From an uncultured Chloroflexia bacterium (GTDB taxonomy: Bacteria > Chloroflexota > Limnocylindria > Limnocylindrales > CSP1-4), in NCBI GenBank assembly GCA_963748235.1, contig CAVVHT010000009.1, positions 1,268,606-1,332,605 of the forward strand: DNA of 64,000 nucleotides, given 5' to 3'. The position numbers and the translations under genes were made by a program. Under the pieces are notes generated by a model. It saw only the letters and a program-made list of their open reading frames with translations, did not search any database and was not told the origin of the DNA. Shown one piece after another: positions 29,128 to 40,126 of the stretch; within the stretch, counting starts at the first letter, position 1; each line of letters begins with the position of its first letter.

Positions 29128-29210
29128 ACATTAGACAAACCATTGACACTCTACCGGCCAGAGTATACGCTGCACATCAAGAACATTGTACAAACATTGT
29201 CTACATCAAC
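29128..29210. promoter_or_regulatory. AT-rich divergent promoter region with phased ACATTGT / TTGTACAA / ACATCAA repeats (candidate operator)
   Basis: ACATTGT at 29183 and 29194 (11-bp spacing), palindrome TTGTACAA at 29186-29193, ACATCAA at 29174 and 29203, related ACATTAG/CCATTGA at 29128/29140. Lies between the divergent SDR and SRPBCC genes. Confidence 0.35.
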
Positions 29211-29224
29211 CTCGAGGAGCCAAG

Positions 29225-29713
29225 ATGGCCCGACTCAGTGAGTCGTTGGATACCCGCCTGCCGATTGAATCGGCCTTCGCCTTCATCGCCGACTTCAGCA
29301 ACGCCCATTCCTGGGACCCGGGCGTTGCGTGGTCGAAGTCCGTGGGCGGCGGACAGCTTGAGATCGGCTCCAGCTTTGAACTCGGAGTCCGGATGGGAAG
29401 TCGGGTGGCACCGATGGAGTACCGGATCGTTGCGCTCGAGCCCAACAAACGAGTCGTCCTGGAAGGGACGGGTTCGAACGTCGCGGCGATCGACGACATC
29501 CGTTTCGAGTCGAAGAACGGCCGCACGCACATCGACTACACCGCCGATATCCAGCTTCAAGGTTGGTTGCGCCTTGTCTCACCGTTCACTGGACGAGCTT
29601 TTGCGAATATTGCGCGGAACGCTCGCGATGGCATGCAGCGAACGCTCGACGCGATGGCGAGCCAGTCACCGGTCACCGCCGACGCGCGTGAGCATCCGGA
29701 TCGCGCAGCATGA
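29225..29713 (+). CDS. SRPBCC (START/polyketide-cyclase-like) family protein
   Basis: ATG 29225 follows [41 protein letters not shown] pattern of SRPBCC proteins. Confidence 0.7.
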   Translation: MARLSESLDTRLPIESAFAFIADFSNAHSWDPGVAWSKSVGGGQLEIGSSFELGVRMGSRVAPMEYRIVALEPNKRVVLEGTGSNVAAIDDIRFESKNGRTHIDYTADIQLQGWLRLVSPFTGRAFANIARNARDGMQRTLDAMASQSPVTADAREHPDRAA

Positions 29714-31002
29714 AGGTCGCCGTCATCGGTGCCGGCGTAAGCGGCCTATCGGCCGCATACGCGATGCGCCGCGAGCACCGGGTGACCTTGTATGAGATGG
29801 AGGCGCAGCTCGGCGGCCACGTCAAGACCGTCCATGTCGAGTCGCCCTCGGGCACGGTCGCGGTGGATACCGGGTTCATCGTCTACAACGAGACAACATA
29901 CCCCCGCTTCGTGGCCATGCTGGCCGAGCTGGGTGTGGAGACGCAGTCGAGCGATATGTCGCTTGGGTCGTCCTGCCGAGCGTGCGGGCTGGCCTTCAGC
30001 TCGCGCGGCGCTTCGGGTTTCCTGGGTGATCGGTCGCTACTCGGCCGACCTGACCACTGGCGCATGTTCGCCGACGTGGCGCGCTTCTATCGCGACGCGC
30101 GAGCGACACTCGATGATCCCACCTCGACGATTGCGACGTTCGGCGCATGGCTCGACGAGCACCACTACGGCCGCGCCTTTCGGGAACACTTCCTCATCCC
30201 GGTCGTGTCCGCGGTGTGGTCTACGGCCCCCGAGCTAATCCTGGATTTCCCGGTTGGCTACCTGCTCCGTTTCCTGGATAACCACGGCCTGATCGGCCTG
30301 CGCCGTTCGCTGCAGTGGCGGACTGTTACTGGCGGCTCGGACGTCTACGTGCGCGCCATCCGTGAGGCGCTTCCCCGAGGCGTCATCCGCACCGGCAGTC
30401 CGGTGGTCGCAGTGGGGCGCGACGCAGTTGCGGGCGCCACCGTCCGGACAGCTGATGGCGGCGTTGATGACTTCGACGCTGTCGTTCTGGCTACCCACGC
30501 TGATGACGCTGGGAGAATCCTCGTCGACGCCGACGAGCACGAGCGAACCGCTCTTGCCGGCTTCGAGTACACGACCAACCGCGTTGTGCTGCACACCGAT
30601 GATCGCGTCCTGCCGGCGCGCCGCTCAGCGTGGGGCTCATGGAACATCGAGACAGCCGACTGCCGCCGACCAGGCGACCAGCTGACGATGACCTACCACA
30701 TGAACCGGCTTCAAACGATCGGCGGTCCGGTGGAGTACATCGTCTCGGTCAACCCCGGCTCAAACCTTCGCGATGACCGCATCGTCGTCGATAGGGACTT
30801 CAGCCACCCGCTTTACTCCTTCCGAACCCTGGCCGCCCAGCACCGACTGCGCGCCCTGCAAGGTCACCGAAACACGTGGTATGCCGGAGCACACCTCGGC
30901 TACGGCTTCCACGAGGACGGCTGTCGATCGGGCTTCGAAGTCGCCGAGCGCATCACGGCGCCGGCCGGCGAGGTCGCTGCTTCCGTCGAGGTTGCCGCAT
31001 GA
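29710..31002 (+). CDS. NAD/FAD-binding oxidoreductase (COG2907 amine-oxidase-like; UfaD-like fatty-acyl desaturase candidate)
   Basis: [28 protein letters not shown] (dinucleotide fold). ATGA overlaps on both sides. Sits in the conserved partnership with DUF1365 and a Cfa-type methyltransferase. Confidence 0.85.
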   Translation: MKVAVIGAGVSGLSAAYAMRREHRVTLYEMEAQLGGHVKTVHVESPSGTVAVDTGFIVYNETTYPRFVAMLAELGVETQSSDMSLGSSCRACGLAFSSRGASGFLGDRSLLGRPDHWRMFADVARFYRDARATLDDPTSTIATFGAWLDEHHYGRAFREHFLIPVVSAVWSTAPELILDFPVGYLLRFLDNHGLIGLRRSLQWRTVTGGSDVYVRAIREALPRGVIRTGSPVVAVGRDAVAGATVRTADGGVDDFDAVVLATHADDAGRILVDADEHERTALAGFEYTTNRVVLHTDDRVLPARRSAWGSWNIETADCRRPGDQLTMTYHMNRLQTIGGPVEYIVSVNPGSNLRDDRIVVDRDFSHPLYSFRTLAAQHRLRALQGHRNTWYAGAHLGYGFHEDGCRSGFEVAERITAPAGEVAASVEVAA

Positions 31003-31762
31003 GGAGTCATCTGCTGCACGGCAAGGTGCGTCATGCGCGAGTCCAGGGGACCCGCTACCAGCTCGAGCATGACGTCTACTACTTCGCCCTCGATCTCGAC
31101 GAGCTCGGCGAGGCTACCGACCGCGGGCTGATCGTCGGGCGCAACCGGCGCGCGATGCTCTCGTTTCGTGACGACGATCACCTGCCGACTCCCGCAACGG
31201 ACCTGCCGCGCGACATCCGTCGGCACCTGACGCGAGAGGGTATCGATCTTGGCCGGGGTCGCATCACCCTCATCACCAGCCTCCGCGTGTTCGGCTACGT
31301 CTTCAACCCAGCCAGCTTCTTCCTGTGCCGGGATGAGGCCGACGGCCTGGCCGCAGTGGTGGTCGAGGTCCACAACACACACGGTGAACGCCACCTCTAC
31401 ACGCTGCGAGGAGACCCGACGCGTACAGTTTTCAGCGCGGGTATGGACAAGCAGTTCTACGTCTCGCCGTTCATCGGACCGGACGGTCGATATCGGGTCA
31501 CCGTCCGTGACGAGCGTGACAGTCTGAAAATCGGCATCGCCGAGCGGGACGGCGGTCGTACCACGCTGTCGACCAGCCTGACATTGCGGCGGCGGCCGCT
31601 GACCAACGCCAACTTGGTGCGGATGCTCGTCAGACACCCGCTGATGACGCAGCGCACGATCGGGCTAATCCATTGGCACGCCCTGCGACTGTGGCTGCGC
31701 CGCGTCCCATTCCACCGTCACTCTCCGGTGGCGCGGACGGCGCGGGTACATGGGGTCCACCA

Positions 31763-31766
<4 letters not shown>
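30999..31766 (+). CDS. DUF1365 family protein (UfaO-like candidate)
   Basis: [55 protein letters not shown], the typical DUF1365 N-terminus and core. ATGA overlaps. Confidence 0.85.
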
Positions 31767-33010
<1,244 letters not shown>

Positions 33011-33034
33011 ACAGAACCCTCGAAGGAGCTCTTC

Positions 33035-34471
33035 ATGACCACCCATTCCCTGCGCGCCCGCCAGTTCATTGGTCGTCCGCTCGAGGAGGTCTTCGCCTTC
33101 TTTGCCGAGCCACGCAACCTGGCACGCATCACTCCATCAGGCATGGACTTCGAGTTCCTGACCAGTGATTTCGAGATGCGCGAAGGGCTCGACATCGAGT
33201 ACCGACTCCGGCCGCTGTTCGGCGTCCCGGCCAAGTGGCGAACGCGCATCACCGACTTCGATCCCCCGCATAGCTTCGTCGACGTACAGCTGTCGGGCCC
33301 GTACCGACGTTGGGAGCACCGCCACACCTTCCGTGCTGTTGCCGACGGCACGGTGGTCGAGGACGATATCCAGTACGAGATGCCGCTCGGAGCTCTCGGG
33401 GCCGTCGGGCACCGCTGGCTGGTGAGGGCGGAGCTGGAGCGGATATTTCGCCACCGGGCGCGGACGATCGAGACGATCTTCGAGGAGCCGGAGGCCAACG
33501 CCGCGCCGCTGACCGTCGCCGTCGCCGGCGGTACGGGCTTCGTGGGCGGCGGCATCGCGCAGGAGCTGTTTCGGCGTGGCCACCGCGTGGTGGTGCTGTC
33601 TCATCGTGGTGAATCAGCTCGATCAGGGCTGCCCGACGGGATCGAGATCCGCGTTGGCGATGCGGCACTCGACCGCGACCGAGACCGCCTGGCAGACGCC
33701 CTTCGCGGCGTGGATGCGCTGGTCATCTCGCTGGCCTTTCCGAATCTCCCGGTCGAGGCTCCCCGGCGCGGCCGGACCTTCGAGGAGGTGGACGCAGCCG
33801 GCACCGAGCGGCTGGTCGAGGCCGCGATCAGGGCCGGCGTCGGACGCGTGGTCTACATGTCTGGTGCCGGCGCCGCGCCCGACGCCGAGCGCCACTGGTT
33901 CACTGCCAAGTGGCGCGCCGAGGAGGCGGTTCGCGGCAGCGGACTCGACTGGACGATTGTCCGGCCGACCTGGATCTACGGGCCGGATGACGTCTCGCTC
34001 AACCAATTCATCGGCTTTGCACACCGACTCCCGTTCGTACCCATGTCCAACTTCGGCAGCCAGCTGCTGGCGCCGGTGTTCGTCGACGACGCCGCGCGAC
34101 TGGTAGCCGACGCCATCGCCGACCCGGCCGCCGTGGGCCAGGTCTTCGAGCTGGGCGGTCCGGAGACGATGCCGATGCGCACCGTCATCTGGCGTGCGCT
34201 GAGCGTGGCGGGCATAGACAAGCCGATCATTCCCGGCCCGGCGCCGCTGATCAAGCTCGGCGTGGCGCCGCTGGTTCTGCTCCCCGATCCGCCGATGACT
34301 CCATCGGCGATCGATTTCGTGAACCAGCCTGCGACGGTCGACATCGGCCCGCTGCTAGAGCGGATGCCGCGTCGGTTGACCCCGCTCGACGAGGGCCTGG
34401 CGACGTACCTGGCGCGCAATTCAGGTCCCGGCGAGCTCACCTTCGACGGGCCGCTGACGGAGGCGGCCTGA
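33035..34471 (+). CDS. fusion protein: SRPBCC domain + NAD(P)H-binding (NmrA/NDUFA9-like atypical SDR) domain
   Basis: N-terminus FFAEPRNLARITP..GPYRRWEHRHTF. C-terminal domain VAVAGGTGFVGGGIAQEL..RPTWIYGP. Confidence 0.8.
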   Translation: MTTHSLRARQFIGRPLEEVFAFFAEPRNLARITPSGMDFEFLTSDFEMREGLDIEYRLRPLFGVPAKWRTRITDFDPPHSFVDVQLSGPYRRWEHRHTFRAVADGTVVEDDIQYEMPLGALGAVGHRWLVRAELERIFRHRARTIETIFEEPEANAAPLTVAVAGGTGFVGGGIAQELFRRGHRVVVLSHRGESARSGLPDGIEIRVGDAALDRDRDRLADALRGVDALVISLAFPNLPVEAPRRGRTFEEVDAAGTERLVEAAIRAGVGRVVYMSGAGAAPDAERHWFTAKWRAEEAVRGSGLDWTIVRPTWIYGPDDVSLNQFIGFAHRLPFVPMSNFGSQLLAPVFVDDAARLVADAIADPAAVGQVFELGGPETMPMRTVIWRALSVAGIDKPIIPGPAPLIKLGVAPLVLLPDPPMTPSAIDFVNQPATVDIGPLLERMPRRLTPLDEGLATYLARNSGPGELTFDGPLTEAA

Positions 34472-34475
34472 GCCG

Positions 34476-35453
34476 TCAGCGTTTGCGGGCGCGCCGACCG
34501 GGGAGACCCATCGCCGAACGAAGAGCGTCCACCGCCGGCACCATCCCCGGGGGAAGCCGAATCGCGGGTTCCAGCCGAGACACATCGACCTCTTTAGCCG
34601 TTCGGCCACCGAACGCAATCAGTACGGTCGGGCTGGCGGCCCTGATCGCGACGGCCACGCGCTCGGCCGCATCGATGTCTGAGTCCAGGACAACACCGAG
34701 TGCCACAGCAGCCGGGCGCGTCCGTGCTAGTGCGTCGAGCCAGTCCTGGAGGGGTAGATCGGCGCCCAGGTAGCGCACCCCCACGCCTGCCCGACGAAGT
34801 GCGGTCGCGAACGCAAGCGCGCCAAGATCGTGGCGCGCACCGGGCGGCATCCCGACCACAACCAGATCGCGACTTTCGCTTGGACGGCCGGCAGCCATGA
34901 ATGCCATACCCAGTCGGCGCTGGACCGCGCCAGCGGCGGCGTGCTCGGCGGCGACGTCGAGATTGCCTTTCGCCCACTCAACGCCGAGCGCCACCAGTGC
35001 CGGCATGACCAGCTCGGACGTGACCTGCTCGAACGACCCGCGCGCGAACATGTCGTCCAATGCGCGCTCGAAGCCGGGCTCGTCCAGCTTCGCGGCCGAA
35101 GCCAGGAATTCGGCTTGCAGCTGTTCGGCTGCGGTAGCAGTCGCGCCGCCACTGGTGACCGCGGCGGCGCTGGAAGGCGCGACGGGCGCGGCTTGATTCA
35201 GCACCTCGGTCACGGCGGCTTGGTCCATCTCGCGAACGCCCGCCGCCGCCGTGCTTGGCTTCCAGCCGTCATCCACCAGCCGTCGCATCGCCCTGAACCG
35301 GTCGATCGCGGCGTCGTCGTAAAGCCGATAGCCCGACTCCGTTCGAACCGGTTCGACGACGCCATAACGCCGTTCCCAGGCGCGCAACAGCTGGACAGTC
35401 ACGCCCGATCTCGCCGCAGCCTGCTTAATGGTGTACACGGTGCACACCACCAT
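34476..35453 (-). CDS. carH: CarH/LitR-type MerR-family regulator with AdoB12-binding photoreceptor domain
   Basis: MerR HTH YTIKQAAARSGVTVQLLRAWERRYG. Four-helix-bundle Wx9EH motif (W-AKGNLDVAA-EH). B12-binding ..PGARHDLGALAF.. (xHxxG) and AFGG. Confidence 0.85.
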   Translation of the reverse strand: MVVCTVYTIKQAAARSGVTVQLLRAWERRYGVVEPVRTESGYRLYDDAAIDRFRAMRRLVDDGWKPSTAAAGVREMDQAAVTEVLNQAAPVAPSSAAAVTSGGATATAAEQLQAEFLASAAKLDEPGFERALDDMFARGSFEQVTSELVMPALVALGVEWAKGNLDVAAEHAAAGAVQRRLGMAFMAAGRPSESRDLVVVGMPPGARHDLGALAFATALRRAGVGVRYLGADLPLQDWLDALARTRPAAVALGVVLDSDIDAAERVAVAIRAASPTVLIAFGGRTAKEVDVSRLEPAIRLPPGMVPAVDALRSAMGLPGRRARKR

Positions 35454-35513
35454 AGCATGGACAAACCATAGACAGCGTCATGATCCGCGCCACCAACCCC
35501 ACTCGAGCAAAGA

Positions 35514-36269
35514 TCAGCCCTGGGCGATGGCCACCAGTGCCGGATCGATGCGATAGATCTCGCGCACGCGCGCCGGCGTGAGCACGTCGCGCGGCGTGCC
35601 GTCGGCAACGACGCGGCCGTCGGCGAGCAGCACGAGACGCGGGAAGAAGTGGCTGGCGAGGCTCACGTCGTGCATCACCGCGAGGACGGTCACTCCATCG
35701 CGGACGGCCAGGTCGCGCAGCAACTCCATCACCGCGACCTGGTGGTGGAGGTCGAGGTGGACGGTCGGCTCGTCAAGCAGCAACAGCCGCGCGCCCTGGG
35801 CGACGGCCATCGCAACCACGGCGAGCTGGCGCTCGCCGAGCGACAGCTCGCGGACGTCACGGCCGCGCAGATGGCCGATGCCCACGCGCTCGATCGCGAC
35901 GTCGATCGCTGCTCTATCGGCGACGCGCGGACCAAGCAGCGGGTGCTCGTGCGGCAGCCGGCCAAGCGCGACGAGCTCCTCGACGCGCATGGCGAACGGG
36001 ACCAGCGTCTGTCCGGGCACGACGGCCATCAGTCGGGCGAGTGCCGGCCGTTCGTATTCGTCGAGCGGAATGCCGTCGATCAGCACGACGCCGCTGGCGG
36101 GCCGCAGGGTGCCGCTTACGGCACGAAGCAACGTCGACTTGCCGGCGCCGTTCGGGCCGAGCAGGCCGACCATCTCTGCCGGCTGCAGCGCGAGGTCTAC
36201 CGCGTCGAGTGCCTGCCGTGCGGCGTAGCTGACCGACAGCGACCGAACCTCGAGCGTCACGCCGCTCAC
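35514..36269 (-). CDS. ABC transporter ATP-binding protein (FecE/BtuD-type)
   Basis: Walker A GPNGAGKST, signature LSLGERQ, Walker B LLLLDEP. Confidence 0.9.
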   Translation of the reverse strand: MSGVTLEVRSLSVSYAARQALDAVDLALQPAEMVGLLGPNGAGKSTLLRAVSGTLRPASGVVLIDGIPLDEYERPALARLMAVVPGQTLVPFAMRVEELVALGRLPHEHPLLGPRVADRAAIDVAIERVGIGHLRGRDVRELSLGERQLAVVAMAVAQGARLLLLDEPTVHLDLHHQVAVMELLRDLAVRDGVTVLAVMHDVSLASHFFPRLVLLADGRVVADGTPRDVLTPARVREIYRIDPALVAIAQG

Positions 36270-37348
36270 AGCTGGTAACCGGCGCGGTTGCTGCGCAGCA
36301 GATAGAGGAAGAACGGCGCGCCGATGATCGCCGTGACGATGCCGACGGGCAGCTCGCCCGGAATTCGCGCGATCAGGTCGGCGACGGCCATGAACGCCGC
36401 GCCGTAGATGACCGACAGCGGCAGCAGCGAGCGCGCATTGGGCCCGACCACGAGCCGCACGAGATGCGGAATGACGAGCCCGACGAAGCCGATCAAGCCG
36501 CTCAGCGCCACGGCGGCGGCGGTGATCAGCGTCGCCGACCCGAGCAGCAGCAGCCGCTCGCGGCGGACATCGATGCCTAGATGCGCTGCCGTTTCCTCAC
36601 CCAGCAGCAGGCCATTCAGGATGCGCGCGCGGGACAGGATCACGACCGATCCGATGGCGATGATCGGCAGGCCGACGACGACCTGCGGCCACGAGGCGAG
36701 GGAGAAGGAGCCGAGCAGGTAGAAGAAGATCTGGCGCAGGTTGCTCCCGGACAGGTACATGGTCATGGCCAGGCCCGCGGCGAGCAATGAGCCGATGGCG
36801 TAGCCGGTCAGCAACACGGACGTGAGCGAATTGAGGCCGCCAAGTCGCGAGACGCGGTAGACGACGGCCACCGCCAGCAGCGCACCGGTGAAGGCGAGGA
36901 CGTGGAGCATGCCAAAGCCGAGCAGCGCGAACTGGACCGGCACGAGCAGGGCGATGGCGGCACCGAGCGCGGCTCCGCTGGCTGTGCCGAGAACGTAGGG
37001 ATCGGCCAGCGGATTGCGCAACAGTCCCTGGAACGTGGCGCCGGCGAGCGACAACGCCGCGCCGACGGCCATTGCGGTGATGACGCGCGGCAGGCGCAGC
37101 TCAAGCACGATGGTCTCTGCCGACGCAGCCCATGTCACGTCGGCCGGCCAGCCGAACAGGCCGTGGCCGATGATCGCGATCGTGTCGCCAATTGGAATCG
37201 ACACGTTCCCGAGCGCGACACCCGCGACCAGCGCCACTCCGAGCGTGACAAGCCCGGTCGCCGCCAACAACAGCGGCCGATGGCGGAGCGCCTCGAGCCA
37301 TGCAGGCCGCGCGGCCGATCGCGGCCGCGCGGCAACACCCGCGCTCAT
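36266..37348 (-). CDS. FecCD/BtuC-family ABC permease
   Basis: ATG 37348 overlaps the SBP stop (ATGA). Multi-TM with RLPRVITAMAVGAALSLAGATFQGLLRNPLADPYVLG, the FecCD signature region. Confidence 0.88.
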   Translation of the reverse strand: MSAGVAARPRSAARPAWLEALRHRPLLLAATGLVTLGVALVAGVALGNVSIPIGDTIAIIGHGLFGWPADVTWAASAETIVLELRLPRVITAMAVGAALSLAGATFQGLLRNPLADPYVLGTASGAALGAAIALLVPVQFALLGFGMLHVLAFTGALLAVAVVYRVSRLGGLNSLTSVLLTGYAIGSLLAAGLAMTMYLSGSNLRQIFFYLLGSFSLASWPQVVVGLPIIAIGSVVILSRARILNGLLLGEETAAHLGIDVRRERLLLLGSATLITAAAVALSGLIGFVGLVIPHLVRLVVGPNARSLLPLSVIYGAAFMAVADLIARIPGELPVGIVTAIIGAPFFLYLLRSNRAGYQL

Positions 37349-38334
37349 GGGCCGGCGGGAACCTCGCAATAGGTGTTGCCGGCAGTCGGCGGCGCAAGCT
37401 CGGCGTCGGGGTGGATGGCGAGCGCGAGCGCCGCGAGGCCCTCGCCAAGTCGAGGCGCCGGACGAGTGACGATTATGTCGTCGACAGGCACGATCGCCCC
37501 GTCGGCCACGGCCGTCATCCCGTCCCATCCGGGACGCTCACCCACGCTGTCGGGGCAGACCTCGTACGCGGCGTCACCGAGCACGATGATCTCGGGATCC
37601 TCGTCCACCAGCCGCTCGAGCGGGATGACGAACGAGATTGGATCGCCGGTCGTGATCGGATCGCCGCCAGCAAGGCTGACCATATCGGCCGTGAAGGAGT
37701 CGGCAGCCGGCCCGTAGATGTCGGGCAGGTAGCCGATCTCGTAGAAGACGCGCGGTCGGGGCAGGTCGACGACCGCGTCGGTAACCTCGGTGATGCGCCC
37801 CTGCATGTCGGCGACGATCGTGGCCGCCGCTTCATCGGCGCCGACCGCGGCGCCGATGAGCTCGATGTCGGCAAGAACCTCGTCGACGGTCTCGGGGTAC
37901 GTCACAACGACGGGAAAGCCGAGGTCGCGGAGTCGCTGGACATCGGCAGGTGGCGTGAAGTTGTTGCCGCCGGCGAGGATCAGGTCGGGATCGATGTCGA
38001 CGATCTGCTCGGTCAGAACCTGTACCTGGACGACGACGTCCGGGGCAGCCGCGGCCTCGGGCGGAAAGTCGTCGAAATCCGTCCCGCCCGTCAATCGGTC
38101 GCCGGCGCCGAGCGCAAAAAGCGTCTCGGTGTTGGCCGGCGTCAGGCTGACAATGCTGTGCGGCTCCAATTCGATGGTCACCGACGTGCCCTCGTCATCG
38201 ACCACGGTGCGCGGGAACTCGGCTCGCGCGCTGGCGGTCGGCTCGATGGTCGGTGGGCCAGCCGGGGAGGCCTGGCAGCCGAGCAGGACAAGGGCCAGCA
38301 GCGCGAACGCGATGCTGATTGTGCGCGTGTTCAA
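37345..38334 (-). CDS. ABC substrate-binding lipoprotein (BtuF/cluster A-II periplasmic-binding type)
   Basis: TTG 38334 lies after GAGGAA. Lipobox ALLALVLLGC. IVSLTPANTETLFALGAGDRL typical of BtuF/FhuD-like SBPs. The track ORF extends further upstream through shadow sequence. Confidence 0.85.
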   Translation of the reverse strand: MNTRTISIAFALLALVLLGCQASPAGPPTIEPTASARAEFPRTVVDDEGTSVTIELEPHSIVSLTPANTETLFALGAGDRLTGGTDFDDFPPEAAAAPDVVVQVQVLTEQIVDIDPDLILAGGNNFTPPADVQRLRDLGFPVVVTYPETVDEVLADIELIGAAVGADEAAATIVADMQGRITEVTDAVVDLPRPRVFYEIGYLPDIYGPAADSFTADMVSLAGGDPITTGDPISFVIPLERLVDEDPEIIVLGDAAYEVCPDSVGERPGWDGMTAVADGAIVPVDDIIVTRPAPRLGEGLAALALAIHPDAELAPPTAGNTYCEVPAGP

Positions 38335-38344
38335 TCCGATTTCC

Positions 38345-38914
38345 TCAGATCTTTCGTGAGTCGTATGCCCAGTGCAGCAGCGCCTGTCGCTGTCGCGGCC
38401 GGCAATCCAGCGCGCGCGGCGGGCAGTTGTTGCGCAGCTGGGCGACGTGGCGCCGGATGGCGAGCCAGCGCTTGATCTGGCGCGCGTCGTCAGGATGGCG
38501 GCGGCCAACGAAGTAGCGGCAGTACCACTGGAACCAGCCGCGCGGATCGTCGGGGTGAATCCATCCCTTGGCGCGCCAGACGGCGAGTGGCTGCGAGGCG
38601 TTGACGCCGAAGTAGTTGAGCTTGGGATCGTGGCGCTCTGGTGAGAGTGCCACTTTGGCAAACCAGTCGCGTGGGAACTCGGCGCCGCAGTCAGTCATGT
38701 ATCGGCCGCCGAAGACGCCGAGGCGGAGCAACTCCGCCGGCGCCAGGTCCGGCGAGAAATCGGACGCGAACCTTCCACCGGGTGGAGCGGTCAGCTCGTA
38801 CGTGTAGCCGCGCTGCATGAGGTCGTTGACGACGACCGTCCGACGGGCATGAAAAGACCCCTTTCCACGATCCCCGAAGGGCTCGGAAGGGGTCGATTGG
38901 GGGCGATCGCTCAT
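38345..38914 (-). CDS. conserved hypothetical protein, first gene behind the cobalamin riboswitch
   Basis: 189 aa; GVFGGRYMTDCGAEFPRDWF..GWIHPDDPRGWFQWYCRYFVGRRHPDDARQIKRW. I recognise this as a recurring uncharacterised family but cannot name it. ATG 38914 follows a GAAAGGGAAAG RBS. Confidence 0.7.
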   Translation of the reverse strand: MSDRPQSTPSEPFGDRGKGSFHARRTVVVNDLMQRGYTYELTAPPGGRFASDFSPDLAPAELLRLGVFGGRYMTDCGAEFPRDWFAKVALSPERHDPKLNYFGVNASQPLAVWRAKGWIHPDDPRGWFQWYCRYFVGRRHPDDARQIKRWLAIRRHVAQLRNNCPPRALDCRPRQRQALLHWAYDSRKI

Positions 38915-39046
38915 GGGTGCTTTCCCTTTCTCACGAAGGAAGCTGGCACGACCATGGGTCCGGCGACCGGACTTCCGACGCTCCCAGAGCGCCGGTCACC
39001 GTAGCGGGACTGTGCCGGACTCTCACCGGCTTCGCGGATCCCATGG
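38915..39046 (-). promoter_or_regulatory. cobalamin (B12) riboswitch: compact aptamer 38952-39046 plus RBS-sequestering hairpin
   Basis: Minus-strand RNA: CCAUGGG-AUCCGCGAA-GCCGGUGAGAGUCCGGC-ACAGUCCCGCUACGGUGA-CCGGCGCUCUGGGAGCGUCGGAAGUCCGGUCGCCGGA-CCCAUGG. 7-bp P1; core GGUGxGAxUCC and GxCCCGCxACxGUxA; GGAAGUC. Followed by GUGCCAGCUUCCUUCGUGAGAAAGGGAAAGCAC covering the RBS. Confidence 0.8.
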
Positions 39047-39187
39047 CCAATGTTCAGTTGGTCGGCCGAGTGTACTCCCGATAAGTAGCTGATAAGTCGG
39101 GCTGGCCATCATTCGTCGTACGCCGCCCTGCCGGACGTGTCCCGCCCGAGGCATAACCGCCACAGGACCCGCCGCAGGAGGTAGCAC

Positions 39188-40126
39188 ATGATCGGCGCCA
39201 GTTGGCGCGATCGAATTGGCCCGCCATCGATCCTGCTGGGTAGTGCTCTGATGCTTACCGCCGCAATACCCGCCGCCACAGCCGTCGTCAGCCGCCCAAT
39301 CCCCGGTCCGGTCGCGGCATGCCCTGGCTCGCCCGCGAAAGCGGCCCGCGCTGCTCAGCGCGACGGCGTTCAGCCAGACAACGTCGGCGTCCGGGCTGAG
39401 GCGCGATTCACGTCGCGCGGTGAGCTCACCGGGCGCGTCCTCCGACTGGAGCACGCCGCGCGCCCGGCGGTGTCCATCTCGCTGCCGCCAGAGTCATTCG
39501 TCTCCGAGCGCACCGGCGACGCAATCGTCTACACACGATCCGGCGGCGGAACGGGGTCCGAGGTCCACATCATCGATGTCGAGTCAGGCTGCGACACGAT
39601 CGTCGCCCGTCCGGCCGGGATCGTGCGCAGTGCGATCCTCGACCGGACTGCATCGGCGGTCTACGTCCACAGCGTCACCAGGGCCGGTCGCAAGGACGCC
39701 GGAGTCGAGCGCCACGACCTCGCGGACAAATCCGTGACCACGGCCGTGCCGCCACTGGCGCCCTCCGCCGACACGGGTCCAACCTTCGCTACCGAGCTGC
39801 GCTGGAGCATCGAGGGCTGGTCGTTGACCGTCCAGTCGTGTGGCTTCGCGCGCTGCCTGTCGCGCATCCTCGATATCGCCACCGGCGACTTGGCGACCAT
39901 TGGCGGCCTCGACCAGGGCGCCCTGATCGCGACCACCCACGGTCAGCTGATCACCTTCGCGACCTGTCCCGGCCTTCCCTGCCCGGTCGTTGCATTCGAT
40001 GTCGGCTCGGGTCTGGGCCAGGCGCTCGCCGACGAGGCCATGGACGCTCGGGTCGCCACTCGAGCGGACGGCAGTCACGTGCTCCACATCGCAACCGCGC
40101 AGGGAGCGCTGGAGGTCGAGCTGTGA
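39188..40126 (+). CDS. secreted hypothetical protein
   Basis: GGAGG upstream. N-terminal hydrophobic signal ILLGSALMLTAAIPAATA. No family recognised. Confidence 0.6.
   Translation: MIGASWRDRIGPPSILLGSALMLTAAIPAATAVVSRPIPGPVAACPGSPAKAARAAQRDGVQPDNVGVRAEARFTSRGELTGRVLRLEHAARPAVSISLPPESFVSERTGDAIVYTRSGGGTGSEVHIIDVESGCDTIVARPAGIVRSAILDRTASAVYVHSVTRAGRKDAGVERHDLADKSVTTAVPPLAPSADTGPTFATELRWSIEGWSLTVQSCGFARCLSRILDIATGDLATIGGLDQGALIATTHGQLITFATCPGLPCPVVAFDVGSGLGQALADEAMDARVATRADGSHVLHIATAQGALEVEL

Noticed and set aside
39023-39454. 143-aa minus-strand ORF over the riboswitch/promoter region
   Set aside because: It overlaps the riboswitch and the 5' end of the well-supported plus-strand secreted-protein gene. 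No motifs were seen.
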